Source: Phoronis australis (taxonomy: Eukaryota > Animalia > Phoronida). Taken from it: a stretch of DNA of 64,000 nucleotides. The notes under the pieces were generated by a model. The model was given only the letters and a program-made list of their open reading frames with translations, made no database searches and was not told where the DNA came from. Shown here piece by piece: positions 12,600 to 25,906 of the stretch (positions are counted from its first letter, which is position 1; each line of letters starts with the position of its first letter). The DNA is taken from contig NMRA01000308.1 of NCBI GenBank assembly GCA_002633005.1, positions 1 to 64,000 of the forward strand. The letters are read 5' to 3'. The position numbers were made by a program, and so were the translations under genes.

Positions 12600-13116
12600 T
12601 TTGATATGTAACTAGTATTACATTAGACACCGGTAATTTTGTTGGTGTCATCTATATAAATAAACAATTTGACAATTGTAAATCACTTTACTTTTGTTTA
12701 CATTATTACATCACTCTATATATTACAGTGGTGATAACAGAACAACCACCTCAACAGTGTGAAGTCACCGTCATGTGACAACATACTACCCTGACATTCT
12801 AATCTGTAGTAAACCAGTTTGTCATCATGCACCATAGCATCCTTTTCACTAAAGCATAATAACTTTTTGTTACCATAACTTTTTGAAACACATAAAGGCA
12901 AAGCTGAGCTATGTGCTTCAAATGATAATTAGCTCAACTCATAGTTCATGTCTGCCACAAAATGAACTGTGAGGAGTTTGGCTTGCAGGCTGTGAAGCGA
13001 ATGTTTCAATTGGTGCCTTTCTCTTAACTGATGTTTATAAGTCCTCACAGCACAGACAACTCGGTGCATTGACAACTTTACCAACACTGAGATGATAGAG
13101 ACAACCAGACGCTCAC

Positions 13117-13272
13117 CTGAGTCTGCATGGAATACTCTAAAACTCTTGTCCCAGAACCCACAGGCCACAATGAACTTGTTGTCTGAGGTCACCACAAAGC
13201 TGGAGTGTGTCATCTGCAGCCGTTGATCAAAGTTATTGCCAAGGTTACGGCGACTACTGTTGACGTGGGTGG
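13117..13272 (-). CDS. NBEA: NBEA exon (THVNSSRRNLGNNFDQ...CGFWDKSFRVFHADS)
   Basis: TTTTAG acceptor, GTGAGC donor, 156 nt. Confidence 0.93.
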
Positions 13273-14032
13273 CTAAAAATGAACAGTAGTAACTGTCAGT
13301 AGGCCCACCTAAATCAGCGCTTCGGTGTTTCATGCAATGGGCTCGACCATGTGACCTGTGCATGTCTGATGCACTGCAAGACAGCAGACCATCATTCCAC
13401 GGCGAGAAAATACATATTAAACTTTTTTGGAAAGTAGGCAAGTCAAAATGAGCAGGAGATCCATGTTTTACTGTTTATCAGATGTTCATGTTTTAAGTAA
13501 ATTTGATGTAAACAAACATTAGGTCAAAGAAAAAAACTTGCACGAAAAAAACACCCGCTGCTATCTGAAACCATACTCGGTGCATAAATAACCCGCCATG
13601 ACAAGTTAAGCTTATTGAGAATGGTTTCAAGCAGTAACAAACCCTCGGATCTTTCCAAGCACAAAAATCACCTCATTTGAGTAAGAAATAAGTGGAGACC
13701 ATAAAGGTAAGAGGTCCAAATCAATAATTAATTTTCACAGAGGGGAGGTTTATAGACATGTTTTTAATCGTTTTTAAACAACTAGAATGACAGAAATTGA
13801 TGTTGAAACACAACATTTTGCTTTATTAACTCTAAAGCATTCTTCAAGTGAAAACGGGTTAAACATTCAAACAGCAGGACAGTTGAAGCACAGTGCACAA
13901 GAAATACACTCACTAAGCTTCAACTGACTTCCTAATTGAACACTGAATGTTTAACCTTCACTCACCTGAAGATGCTAGAAAGGCGATCACAAAACCCCCG
14001 ACTTGCAGTAGTTATGACTTGAGAATACTTAC

Positions 14033-14110
14033 ACAACACTGGGTCCATACTAAGTGGTAATGGAGGGATTTCTTGCTTATCTGCATAGCTAGGAGGAGGA
14101 CTGATGGGGG
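14033..14110 (-). CDS. NBEA: NBEA exon (PISPPPSYADKQEIPPLPLSMDPVL)
   Basis: TTTCAG acceptor, GTAAGT donor, 78 nt, phase 1 to 1; LPxxMDP motif. Confidence 0.88.
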
Positions 14111-14902
14111 CTGAAAGACAGGTGTATTCATGGATGATAAAATGTCACCAATGGAGGACAAAATAACTTCCAAACTTCATTTTTCAAGGGCTTCGAATAC
14201 TGCAGTGAATGACAAAACTTAATAAAAACATTGTCTGATGGAAGCTATGACAAAGACCTGGAACATTGAAAAGCATTAATTTGGTACCTTAAACCCTTTA
14301 TGGAGAAAATGAGAAGTTAAACATTTCACTTGTCTGCCATGATGTGCCCTTAATTGGTGACATTTTACCATACCATAGAATCAAGTGGTAAATACAGCCA
14401 AGACAACAAAATATTTTAATGCACCATCTTTGAAAACCTTTGGAATTTCAGCTTGACCTAATTAGAGCTGTGTGGGTCTTCGTGTAAACTGGCTAATAAA
14501 ACTACAGTTACATTAAGACAGCTACTTGAAATTAAGAATATATTGTGTAGAATTTTATTTGTGTGCAATGCACAGTATAGAGAACACACAATCGGCAATT
14601 GCGCTTACATTTTTTTTGGTAAATTGATCTTAGGCCATGATTTATAGACAAACAGCAGAAGAAACTCAGCCCATTCAAAGTCCAGCTTTGATGAATGTGC
14701 TTTAAGACGGAGTGCACTGTGAGATCTATGTATTTGTGAAATTTTCTCTCTCATCGCTTCTGGATGAGAATTTTGTTGCAAAAACTGAAGTCCACAATGA
14801 TACTTTTGCATTTGTTCTAATAGGCCTCACATGTCATACAGCCAAAACTTACTTCCTGTGCATGCATCAAATTGTGGCCATTCAGAGGTCAAGACTACTC
14901 AC

Positions 14903-15077
14903 CAACCAAGTGGTTCCACCTATTGATGGCAAAATTGTGATTACACGAGATGGTGACGACGGCTGGTAGACTGGATGACGGATGGGTGTGGGCGGAGATA
15001 TGAGTGACAGGTGAGTTGGACAGGAACTTCATAATCATACACACATCATCTGGTGACGGCTGGAACATCTTGGGACT
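14903..15077 (-). CDS. NBEA: NBEA exon (SPKMFQPSPDDVCMIMKFLSNSPVTH...FAINRWNHLV)
   Basis: TTGTAG acceptor, GTGAGT donor, 175 nt. Confidence 0.92.
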
Positions 15078-16262
15078 CTACAAGTCACAACAGGAAGTAT
15101 GTAGTCAGAGTTAGAGGGGTGAAACTCTGAGTTCAACTGTCCAATGGTTTTTGAATGTAAATAAAAAACAGTACAAGTTCAGCATATTGTTAAAAAAGGC
15201 AAATTTGTCACCTACTGTATTGTCCCTAAAGAGAGTCCATAAGTCTCCACTAACACTATTCACAATTTCAATGACAGTGTTCGATATGTTGTGGAAAACC
15301 ACAGTTCTCGGTAGCATAAAAGTTATACACTGCATAGCAACTAAGACATGACAGTGCTAATGTTGAGCAATGCAAGAAACAACCAAACTTGTCCAGCTGA
15401 TCACCTTTGAGATTTTATGCAACCTAGCCACAAGGAATTGCTCTCAATAAGGTGCTGGGTTATTTACATGAGGTTGTGATTAATTTACTTTTAAACAAAA
15501 TGAAATTTTAATGGATGATAACAATTTGCAAAGGCAGGTACACTAGGAGGTAGCCTGATAATAAGAACACAAAAGGACACTAAACTTCCAACAAAATAAC
15601 AAATAAGGATAAACCCTTTCAGACAACTCTTGGTATTTTGTACTATTTCAATTGTTGCATTATAATAAATTACCATGCTTGTCAATCCCCCACTAACACA
15701 TGGTCTATGTTCATCACTGTATATATGGGAAACATCTCGATGTTTTGTATTTAACTGTGCATGTATATATGTTTGTTATTGTAATTTGGGCCTGAGGCCT
15801 GAAATGCAATAAAATAAAATATATAAAACAGTAAGTTAAAAAGATATCAAAATACCAGAAAAATAAAAAAGTGGTCAAAACACATTTATTTTGAGTCGCG
15901 GTAACAGGGTTTTACCCAGAATTTCAAAATAGGGCATCCAAAAAGGGTTTCCCAATTTCTCAGAACATTCATGCATGACTGCATTTTGATGACTCCAAGT
16001 CAAATGCTGTGTGGTATGTTACTGTGGAAACATATACCTGTAATAAGATTTATTGCATCTTACATCTTAATTATTTTAATTTGTACAGGCCAATTAGAGA
16101 CACCTATGCCTACTTGCTAGTTTACTAGAGCGGCTAAATGTCGAACAGGGCATCCTAGCTAGAGTGTTTAAATTTGAGTCAGGATGTCTGCTAGATGAAG
16201 GCCAGCATGGTGCTTTAGAGGGATTTTGCTGCTAATCAGAAACTGGAGGTGACAAGTCTCAC

Positions 16263-16447
16263 CACATGCAAGGCAGAACTCCTGGGTGGGTGTGGCTCAG
16301 TCAACAGCTGGGACGGAGTCTGGCCAAAGCAGCGGATTTGGTTCTCAATAGCTTCTCTCATAACTGGGTCGACAATCTTCTCCAGGTCTACGCTGCCATC
16401 ATAAGTTAGATAGTAGAATACGTTGGTTGCTCTCACTGCCTCTGGGC
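16263..16447 (-). CDS. NBEA: NBEA exon, BEACH C-terminus ([15 protein letters not shown]...[16 protein letters not shown])
   Basis: TTTTAG acceptor, GTGAGA donor, 185 nt; FGQTPxQL motif. Confidence 0.95.
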
Positions 16448-17266
16448 CTAAAACAGGAGAATGTAACCAACAATCAAAAGGAAGTTCACATGTTGTCTGC
16501 TTCATAGAACACCATTTTTGCTAAGATTGGGATCATGTAAGAGACACCTGTTGTATCGCCAACTGAAGTATCAAGGGGATGTGAATTGAGTCCAAATGTT
16601 ATAAAATGTAACTAAACAGTCTATTTCAAATGCCAGGTTGTCAACACGAGGCATGAATCGCCAAGGAAGTCATTGTTAATGACTAACATAAGAGGTAGAG
16701 TCTTCCAACAAAACTGAGAACAACTGATATCTTGTTAGTGAGATTGCCTCATCTCGTTAGCTTGGCTGCAAAGCCAGGTCTTAGGCAAGATCGAGCTGTA
16801 GTTCTTGCCAAACCCAGAAGTATTCTAAGTTGTATAAGAAACATGTTGTGACTGGTTTTATAGAGGCAACTGGACTGAATCATAAATTGGGTTTTGACTG
16901 GGGGACGTGTGGGAGCACCTTTAAAATATGAAAAATGTAAAATACTGGTTATTTTAACACTTTTTGCTTATCTGGGGAACAACCTGGTCTCACTCAATCC
17001 TTCAGTACTTTTTAATTAGACAGTCCACTTGACACACAAGCGGCGCTCCAGCGTTGCCAAGCCAATTAGCATACTGTAACCTTCACAATAGAAATCCATA
17101 TATTTTCAGCTGCTGATTTTTTTAAGACAAATAAATAGTCAAAATCAATAACATTTTAAAACCCGTATGCAGCGATTTTGATGCCCTAAAAGTAGATAGA
17201 ATACAGCTAAATCCATAACGGTTGACAGTCTTGCTTCATTAGACAGGCACCTTCACACACATTTAC

Positions 17267-17492
17267 CTCTTTGCTTGTAACCAAACACCAGATCTATCCA
17301 CTGGTGTAGTTGACACGAGACAAACTCTGACTCCAGCGCCTGCCGCATCATACGCACAAAGTCCTCAGGCGTCTTCGCCCATGGAGGCAGGATCACATCG
17401 CTGACCTTCACTTTCTCGTCAGTTGTTCCCATTTCATACTTGTTGTCATTGACGAACATTTCAGGCAGAAAGTAGAACTCTGGTATCAGCTC
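17267..17492 (-). CDS. NBEA: NBEA exon, BEACH ([13 protein letters not shown]...[14 protein letters not shown])
   Basis: TTTTAG acceptor, GTAAAT donor, 226 nt; ELIPEF and WIDL hallmarks. Confidence 0.96.
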
Positions 17493-18187
17493 CTAAAAAT
17501 GAGATAGATAAGCAAATCATGCTTGGCAATAACATGCATATTTAAGCAAGGTGACCGTGCAAGTCACAGTAGTCGTTGAAATAAAAAAGGAAATTTGCTC
17601 GTCAAAAACAGCTTGCACAAATGTTTAATATTTAACAGAATGGATTAACTAGAAAACATGATAAAACAGAGTAAAAAACAATGCTTGTGAAATGAGGTAA
17701 ACATGGAGTTGAGTCATTCTTCAGACAGAATCTGTAGCCTTACTGCACATGAATCTGTAATGAAAGTGCCAACATTATTGCCAGGGGTCTCCAATGAGAG
17801 GGGTTGGTAGAGGTGAGTAACTCACTCAAGTGGCTATTTTGTCATCTCCAAGCCAGGTCTCATTCATTAAATATCACTTCAGATAGAGCACACATCCATT
17901 TGTTTAAAAGCATTGCCACGGGCGCACATTAAGTATCATTTTCTGAGATACTTTAGTATTTTGTACCCATCCTTTTGACACAGCAGAATTTTCCGCAATG
18001 TCTGTTTCGCTAGATTACCAAGTATTTATCATGTTCATATGGATTCGAGAAGGTGTTGTTAACATTTCCAATTGTACCTAGTACTTTTCATTCCACCTCC
18101 CAAAGAATTACATTAGTCTTGATCCAGACTTTCCAGAGGCACATCCTTAAATTTTAGGTTACAACTATACAAGTAATTTGACCCTAC

Positions 18188-18307
18188 CTTGACGTCTGAA
18201 GTGTCTCTTTGGCAATTCTTCCAAGCTTGCGACACAGAGTGGAATGTACGATCGGCATGGTCAAACTTACCACCTTGAAGGCCAAGGAACATGGTTGTGA
18301 ATGGCTC
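18188..18307 (-). CDS. NBEA: NBEA exon, BEACH ([22 protein letters not shown]...DTSDVK)
   Basis: TTACAG acceptor, GTAGGG donor, 120 nt. Confidence 0.95.
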
Positions 18308-18522
18308 CTGTAACAGGTATGCAGACCAATAGCAACAAAATAAATGTTGTTCATTGACAACATTTTTCATAAGAGCACTTGCACCTACAAAGCTTGTCTC
18401 AAAGTCTTCCAAACTCAGACAAGAAGAGGTTTGTGGGCTTGCAATAACTGACAGTTGCTTATTGCTTGAGATCACGCTTGCCACATAAATGTTTGGCACA
18501 TAAATAATCTGTAATGAAAAGC

Positions 18523-18872
18523 TAACTAATTGCAGCTGATCTCCAGCTGTAACCAATTGCAGCTGGGCTCCACCTGTAACTAATTGTAGCTGGTCTACAG
18601 CTGTAACTAATTGCAGCTGGTCTCGAACTGTAAATAATTGCAGCAGGTCTCGAACTGTAAATAATTGCAGCAGGTCTCGAACTGTAAATAATTGCAGCTG
18701 ATCTCGAGCTGTAACTAATTGCAGCTGATCTCGAGCTGTAACTAATTGCAGCTGGTCTCGAACTGTAAATAATTGCAGCAGGTCTCGAACTGTAAATAAT
18801 TGCAGCTGATCTCGAGCTGTAACTAATTGCGGCTGGTCTACAGCTGTAATTAATTGCATCTGGCCTCGAACT
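18523..18872. repeat. 27-bp intronic minisatellite, ~13 copies
   Basis: (G/A)CTGTAA(CT/AT)AATTGCAGC(T/A)G(A/G)TCTCGA units; source of the spurious [12 protein letters not shown]. Confidence 0.92.
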
Positions 18873-19302
18873 ATGACGATCATTTCTTTCCAAAGTACAT
18901 GAATTGTCTCCAATCTGAGTTAAGAGACACGTTTTATAGCAATAAGTTGTATTAGATCAAATTACTTCTTATTATGAAAGTTTAAAGTGATTTACGTACG
19001 TGCATGTTTCATTAAGATGCCAAACAGAATACAAGTTACAAAACAACTTTCTTCAGGGTTTGTGGGTTTCTCACCATCTGCATTTGAAGCAATGATGACA
19101 TTTAGTACTCCCACACACAAAACTTCTCATTGCACTTCAAGTGGTTCTGCTGTGCTCATTAGACCAGAAGACCACTGGTCAATTGTAAACGCGAGCTATA
19201 TTAATATCCACTGTGTTAAAGTCCCAAATGGCACAAGATCCTCAAAATTACACCTATGACAGAAAATGAACATGGCTTCCAAATTATTGCAGGTGTACAC
19301 AC

Positions 19303-19443
19303 CGTTCTGATGAGCCAATTGAGTGTGAATGCTGATGTAGAATAGTGCGTTCCATAGTGAAATGGAGGAATCTCTTCATGCTCCCATGATGCATAGCGGT
19401 CCTCAAAAAATGCACGACGGCTAGGGTTTAAGGCTCCGATTGG
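19303..19443 (-). CDS. NBEA: NBEA exon, BEACH ([10 protein letters not shown]...[20 protein letters not shown])
   Basis: TTGCAG acceptor, GTGTGT donor, 141 nt; HYGTHYS motif. Confidence 0.95.
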
Positions 19444-19825
19444 CTGCAAAACACACGAGGAATGGAGACATACTGAGAGTGTCATGTTCTCATAAATATT
19501 TTGTGCAACATCATTAAGCATGCTTAACCTAAGCCAGACAACCACATGGTAACCTATAACCTAAAGTGAAGTCCATACTCCTTAAGTTCAAACAATACGA
19601 CCTAAAGTGAAGTCCATTCTCCTTAAGTTCAAACAATTTGCCACAAGACGAGATGACGAAGCGAAAACTTAATCAGCACTCTTTAACCAACCCCTGCATT
19701 TGAATAGCTAAGTATGCAATTTAAAGTAGCAGAAAATACACATTGATAATATACTCAACTAATTCTAGGATTGACCTGCCATTTGAATGTCATCAAAGTT
19801 GTTGAAGATTCAAAGAGATCAATCA

Positions 19826-20326
<501 letters not shown>

Positions 20327-21509
20327 TCATAGATGGCCATGGCAGCGCCTACTTCTTCAGCCACTCGTTTAAACAGACTGGATGTGAAACTCCGAAAATA
20401 AATGAAAACTTTATGACTTAAAAATCTGTATTTAATATTCACTAACTATTTACTTCAATCACTCCAACACTCAGAAAGAGGCAACACGTAAAGAAGGACG
20501 AGATTTCTTAAAAAGTCTTTCCAGATAAATGTAACGCATCTGCTACTAAGAAATTTGAGAGTGTGAAAAAGTGAAGATCATATGAAAACTATTCAATGAC
20601 GGAAAGAAGGTGTATGATTTTGATCACTTGAGTTCATTCAACTGAGAAGAGTCAAGTCATACAGTAAATGTCCCTACCAACATGAGTGTTGCAGACTACG
20701 TTGTTTAATTAGTCATTCTATTGCATAACTCTAAAATGTGCTTACGTCGCATTTACAAACAGAGACAGCTGACCAGGCACAGCTAACACTGAACAGCTGC
20801 TCCAGCGCAAGTGTGTGTGAAAACACAACTGACACGGAGCGGATGACACGACGGCGGCCAGTTTTTGACACCAGTTTGATGGGCAGAGCGAGTTGCACTC
20901 CATCAGCTGCTCCAGTTCCAACTACACGTCTAAACACAACTGGGCCGGGGCAAAAATGGATCATCTTTCAATGCGCTTGCACAGTAGCGTGTATCTGAGT
21001 GATCAGTTGGCATTCCAAGTAGTTTAGATATTTGCAATTGTTTATGCAAGCATACGCAGATAGTCTTTGTGTAAGTGACTCATGTTGATCCAGTTTGCGA
21101 TCTAATGTTGTGTAAATGTGATTAAAGTGGAGCAACTGACAGGGTGAAAACTGTCTCTTGTGTAAAAGCAGCAGGTAGTTCACTTTCTCAGAGACAGTGA
21201 CAAGTAAGTTCCTGTGCCTAGAACTTGTTGGACTTGTGATACCCTGACATGTACATCTAATGTTCAGCTGTTATATCTTGTAGCCTTTATATACTCTCAC
21301 TGCATTGTGTAGAATTGTGTCATCTTACACTCAGTTATAATCCTGTACTACATACACTCCTCAATAATCAACACACATCTCCAAAATTGCCCCTCACTGC
21401 GTCTAATCAGCCAGACCTGCCAATCGAACCACCTCAGGTTCATAACTCGCCCCCTCCAATGTAGCTCCTATAGTTACCCGCTGACAACTAGTCATTCCAA
21501 ACAGTCCTA

Positions 21510-21689
<180 letters not shown>

Positions 21690-21965
21690 TCAGCAAAGCC
21701 TGACTCTTGTATAATTCATGAAAGTGAACCATGTTTAACCAACATGGAGGTACTGGTCATTTACAGGAGTCTCGGATTTTGAGATCCAGTTTGATTCCTT
21801 TTATTCAGTGGAGAAAACTGGTTCTCAAAATGAGGAGACCCCAGTAAGTGACAATTACCGAAGCATCAATGGAACACAGGATTTACAAATCTAGTTCAAA
21901 GCATAAACCACATGAATGTCACGTCAGGTTTATTTCTCCTCCTACACAAGAAAACTGAACCAACT

Positions 21966-22355
21966 ACCAGTATTTTCCATAGATAAGCCCACCCTATGAA
22001 ACAACCAAGGGCGTTTATTCGGAAAAGTGTTACAACTTCTGGTGCCAAGTGTCCAGATAGTGAGGTGTTTATTTGGAAAATGTCCTCTTAAAAGCCCACT
22101 TAGCATCAACTTTAGCCACAAATTTAATTTTGTGGAGTATTTATCATTTATAAAAATGAACAAATTGTAAGTATTTATTAATTTACAACTAAAAAATACA
22201 GTTTTATGCAAAAAAGTCGCTGATATTTTCATATCTGCTGAGGCTATGACTTTCCGTTTACACTCCTCCCTTTTCAAATAAACGCCTGGGCATTTAATTG
22301 GCATGCCTGAAAATTTTCATTCTCCGAATACACGCCCATGGGCTTATCTACGAAC
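21966..22355. mobile_element. Degenerate MITE with imperfect inverted ends (Tc1/pogo-like?)
   Basis: TAGATAAGCCCA..GGGCGTTTATTCGGA versus TCCGAATACACGCCCATGGGCTTATCTA; boundaries approximate. Confidence 0.4.
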
Positions 22356-22591
22356 ACCCCTGATAAACTTATTCTTAAACGCAAAGAAACAATTAGAAAA
22401 CTTGTACTTCAAGCACTGTTTCTATTATAACAAGGGACACGGTTCTAGTCTTAGAACTTGAGCCCAGGTGTGTCCAGACTCCAAAACAAGACAGATTTTA
22501 AGAATTTACAAAACAACTTAGAAACAAGACAAATAGATTTGTTGCAAAACCAGAATATCATTCCCATTCTGACATCTTGCACTGTCCTCAC

Positions 22592-22694
22592 CTGGCTTGT
22601 TGCAGGCCATACTTAACACCTACACCAACACGAGGTAGGGCATTGATTACTTTCTTCACGGTTCCATGGTCTGGGAATGCAAACATTATGGCAG
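22592..22694 (-). CDS. NBEA: NBEA exon, PH-like ([34 protein letters not shown])
   Basis: TTTCAG acceptor, GTGAGG donor, 103 nt. Confidence 0.94.
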
Positions 22695-25497
22695 CTGAAA
22701 AGTACAATCACATACTTAATTAATCACAATTAAATAATTAAGCCAGTGTAGTGCAAGCTATAGTTTTTTATGTCCACATTGTTTGAACTGTCCACAGAGG
22801 TAGAGTGTCAATGGTTTGTTTTAGAAACCATCCCTATACATTACCTTCAACACAGACAGAAGCAGAGTTACAACAGATACACACACAAGGGTTGAGTGGA
22901 GTGACATAAATAGACAAAACAGTCAACATTTTGTAACTTAGGTTGGTCAATTTGGAATGTTTACACTAGTCAGAAAAAATGAAAAATTACGGTTGTTACT
23001 TGAAAAAAGAACTTTCTTCCTTTTCAACCGAAATAGTTCCCATAATTTCAAATATTCACATACATGTTTTTTTACAAAACATTCAATTAAATAATTAATG
23101 ACACAGACCTTACAAGAGCTACAGACCTGCGTTCTGTACAAGAAGCAAAACTTCTAATTAAGATCACCTACAAACATTAAATTGGTCTCAACTTGTTCTT
23201 TACTCAAACGACAAGTGATTTCTGCGTTTCCAAAAACAAATAATAAAAGTTGGCTACTCCTTTATATAATGCTGTGTACATAAAATACCACAGTGTAACA
23301 ACCTACTTATAGAGTTTGGTCTCAAGCAAATTACAAACTGTCAGTTCTTCTGAAGCCCTCAAATCACCTCCAGTTTGACCAAGGGACCTATTTGACACCA
23401 ACTTCATAATGGCAAATGGTACAAATCAAATGTCTATTTTGTGATGGAAGGCAGGTGTATTGATTCTATAATACTTAGCCATGAATTTCATAGTTCATGG
23501 TGTCTCTATTAGGAAATTTTTGGAGTACATTACAATTACACGAATGTTACAAATCCATCACTATACAAAGCATGAAAAATAAACAAAATGTATTATATTT
23601 CTCTTCACTCAACAGGAAAATACATAGGATTTGTAGTCTAATAAAAAGACAGCAATAATGCAGAAAAACATCAGTTTACACTATCAAATAGTTCAAATTC
23701 TGCCCAGCAGGTGTCAGCTGAATCATTCTTGTCTGGGTAACAGGTCAGTCATGGTTGAAAGCAGTGGCGGTCTCACTTGAAGAGCACAACCAGTATTGCC
23801 CCAGTAATGGGATTATGGCCGCTTACCTAGAGGTTAGAGGGTGAATGTTTGGGAAAAATGGGAAATGATTCCTCCCACTAAAGCCGTACGATGATACAAA
23901 CTCATTTGATACCATTCTTCTCTAGTTCTCTACAATCTGTTGCAAACATTTGACTGAGGACAATAAACAGAAGTGAGAACATTTCATTTTGAAATATGAG
24001 GGCTAATTTTTAATCTAGTTAAATATAAACTGAAAAGATTTGGAATGTGGTCTCATAATAAAGTGCAACTTTATACACATTGTAAATGGAGTGAAAATAA
24101 ATCAACTTTAATTTTATAATATGACACAACTACTAAATCTGAATTTTTTTCCAGGACTCTCGCTCACCTGCCTTCTGAAAATGCAATTTAGCTCCGGTAA
24201 GGGGAAAATTCTCCATCCCTGGAGTCACCACTAATTCCATCCCTCCACTCCCCCTGTGGCCATCCTTCACCCCCCCTCCCCTCAGTGGCCACCCCTCATG
24301 GCTCTCCCTCAAGTAAAAAACTCATTCGTTAAATCAGACCACAGGAATGTGTTTTTCTTGGAAATGGATTAGCTTAAGTAATATGGGTGTCAGGAAGAGA
24401 ATTTGGACTTCCAGGAATGACTTTCTTTGCTCAATACTATGAGATTACCCCTGCGTTTGCAATAAACTAATCCAGATTCTGTTCTCCACACCAAAACGGT
24501 AAATACTGGAAGGTAAGACATACCTGAGAAGTGAACAATTTCAGTTAACAAAATCTTGTGATGTCAAGGGTCTATTGGAGTTAAAAGGGATTTGAAACTT
24601 GCGGGGAATTTCTGAATCACTGGAGAGGCGTTTTGGACTTCACCAAATGGAGGGGAATGGGGCTGATATTGGGCCCCAATATCGAAGATTGAGGGTCCCG
24701 ACTGCAGTAATACCAGTTGTCTATTCTTGATTTAAACGACCAATAAAACTACATACAGTAAAATTTCATCACTTTCAAACAGAAATAATAGCCAAAATTG
24801 ACCATTTACATTTTTCAAATGCTTTTAACATTTTTATGAATGCCTTCTTAAAACAATGTCTGATGGTAGCTATAGTACAGAGCTCAAAAATGATAAAGCA
24901 TCTATTCGGTGCTACAATGGACCACCAACTCTATATATTTGCTATGGATGAAATCTGTGATCTTACGCAGAAGCCGTGACGTCACTATTCCCTAGTGACA
25001 CCTGGCAAAATTAGCAAGTTTTACTTCCAGCAAGTACGTTGTCTGCTAATCATGATCGGCTGTTGTGTGGTCGGGTGCCAAAAGTACTCACAATACCAAC
25101 AGTTCTATTATTGAAAGACTTTGAACAGCGTTTCAATACCGAAATTATTTTATTTCATTGTACTGGACAGTAAAATAGATGCGAGAATTTCCCGTCACAA
25201 TACACTAACCATAAGCTGTAAGTGGTAATTTAGGAGAGTGACGCCTCCTCTAGGATACTACGCAAGAAAATGTTGGAGTTGCGAATCTGTTGTCTATAAT
25301 CTATGGTGGTACTTACAAAATTTCACATGTCCACCATACTGTGATCAGTATTCATGAGATTTTAATGTATTCTCAGAATAAGCATCTCAGAACTATGAAT
25401 GAACTACAATATGTGAAGCTTTACACCTAAGACCTAAAATTGGCATGCCAAGGGCATTTTATTAAGATACGAGACCGTGCCCCATTTGTTCACTTAC

Positions 25498-25615
25498 TTC
25501 TATTGGCCATGAAGATCTCGATAGCCACATTCTGCAACAAATACTTGCGAGTGAACACGGCCCGTATTTCGGCGAACAACCATTTTCCATGCAGGTGGTC
25601 GACATTCGCCAGGAC
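25498..25615 (-). CDS. NBEA: NBEA exon, PH-like ([39 protein letters not shown])
   Basis: CTCCAG acceptor, GTAAGT donor, 118 nt; first exon after the 31.9-kb intron. Confidence 0.95.
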
Positions 25616-25906
25616 CTGGAGAAAAAAACAAACATTCAGAGAACAGAACTTTTACACCCAACAGTAGACTCCCATGTTTACAAACAGAAAACTCAAGCTG
25701 CTGCAAATTTCAGAGGTGATCAGCATAAATTTGGGGACACTTCAGATGCTTTTCACTGTAACATCCACCAACCTACGGATAGCTTTACGAAGAATTAGGC
25801 AATTTTATAAGAGCTTAAAAACAAGCAATTCATCAATTCTTAAAACAAATATTTTGTAAAAATAAATCATGAATTTAACAATTTTAGATTTACAACAAAA
25901 TCTTCA

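Noticed and set aside
18113-18913. 266-aa ORF with DQLQLVTAR repeats
   Set aside because: Read-through of a 27-bp intronic minisatellite into the real 120-nt BEACH exon; the splice acceptor at 18308-18309 explains the true boundary.
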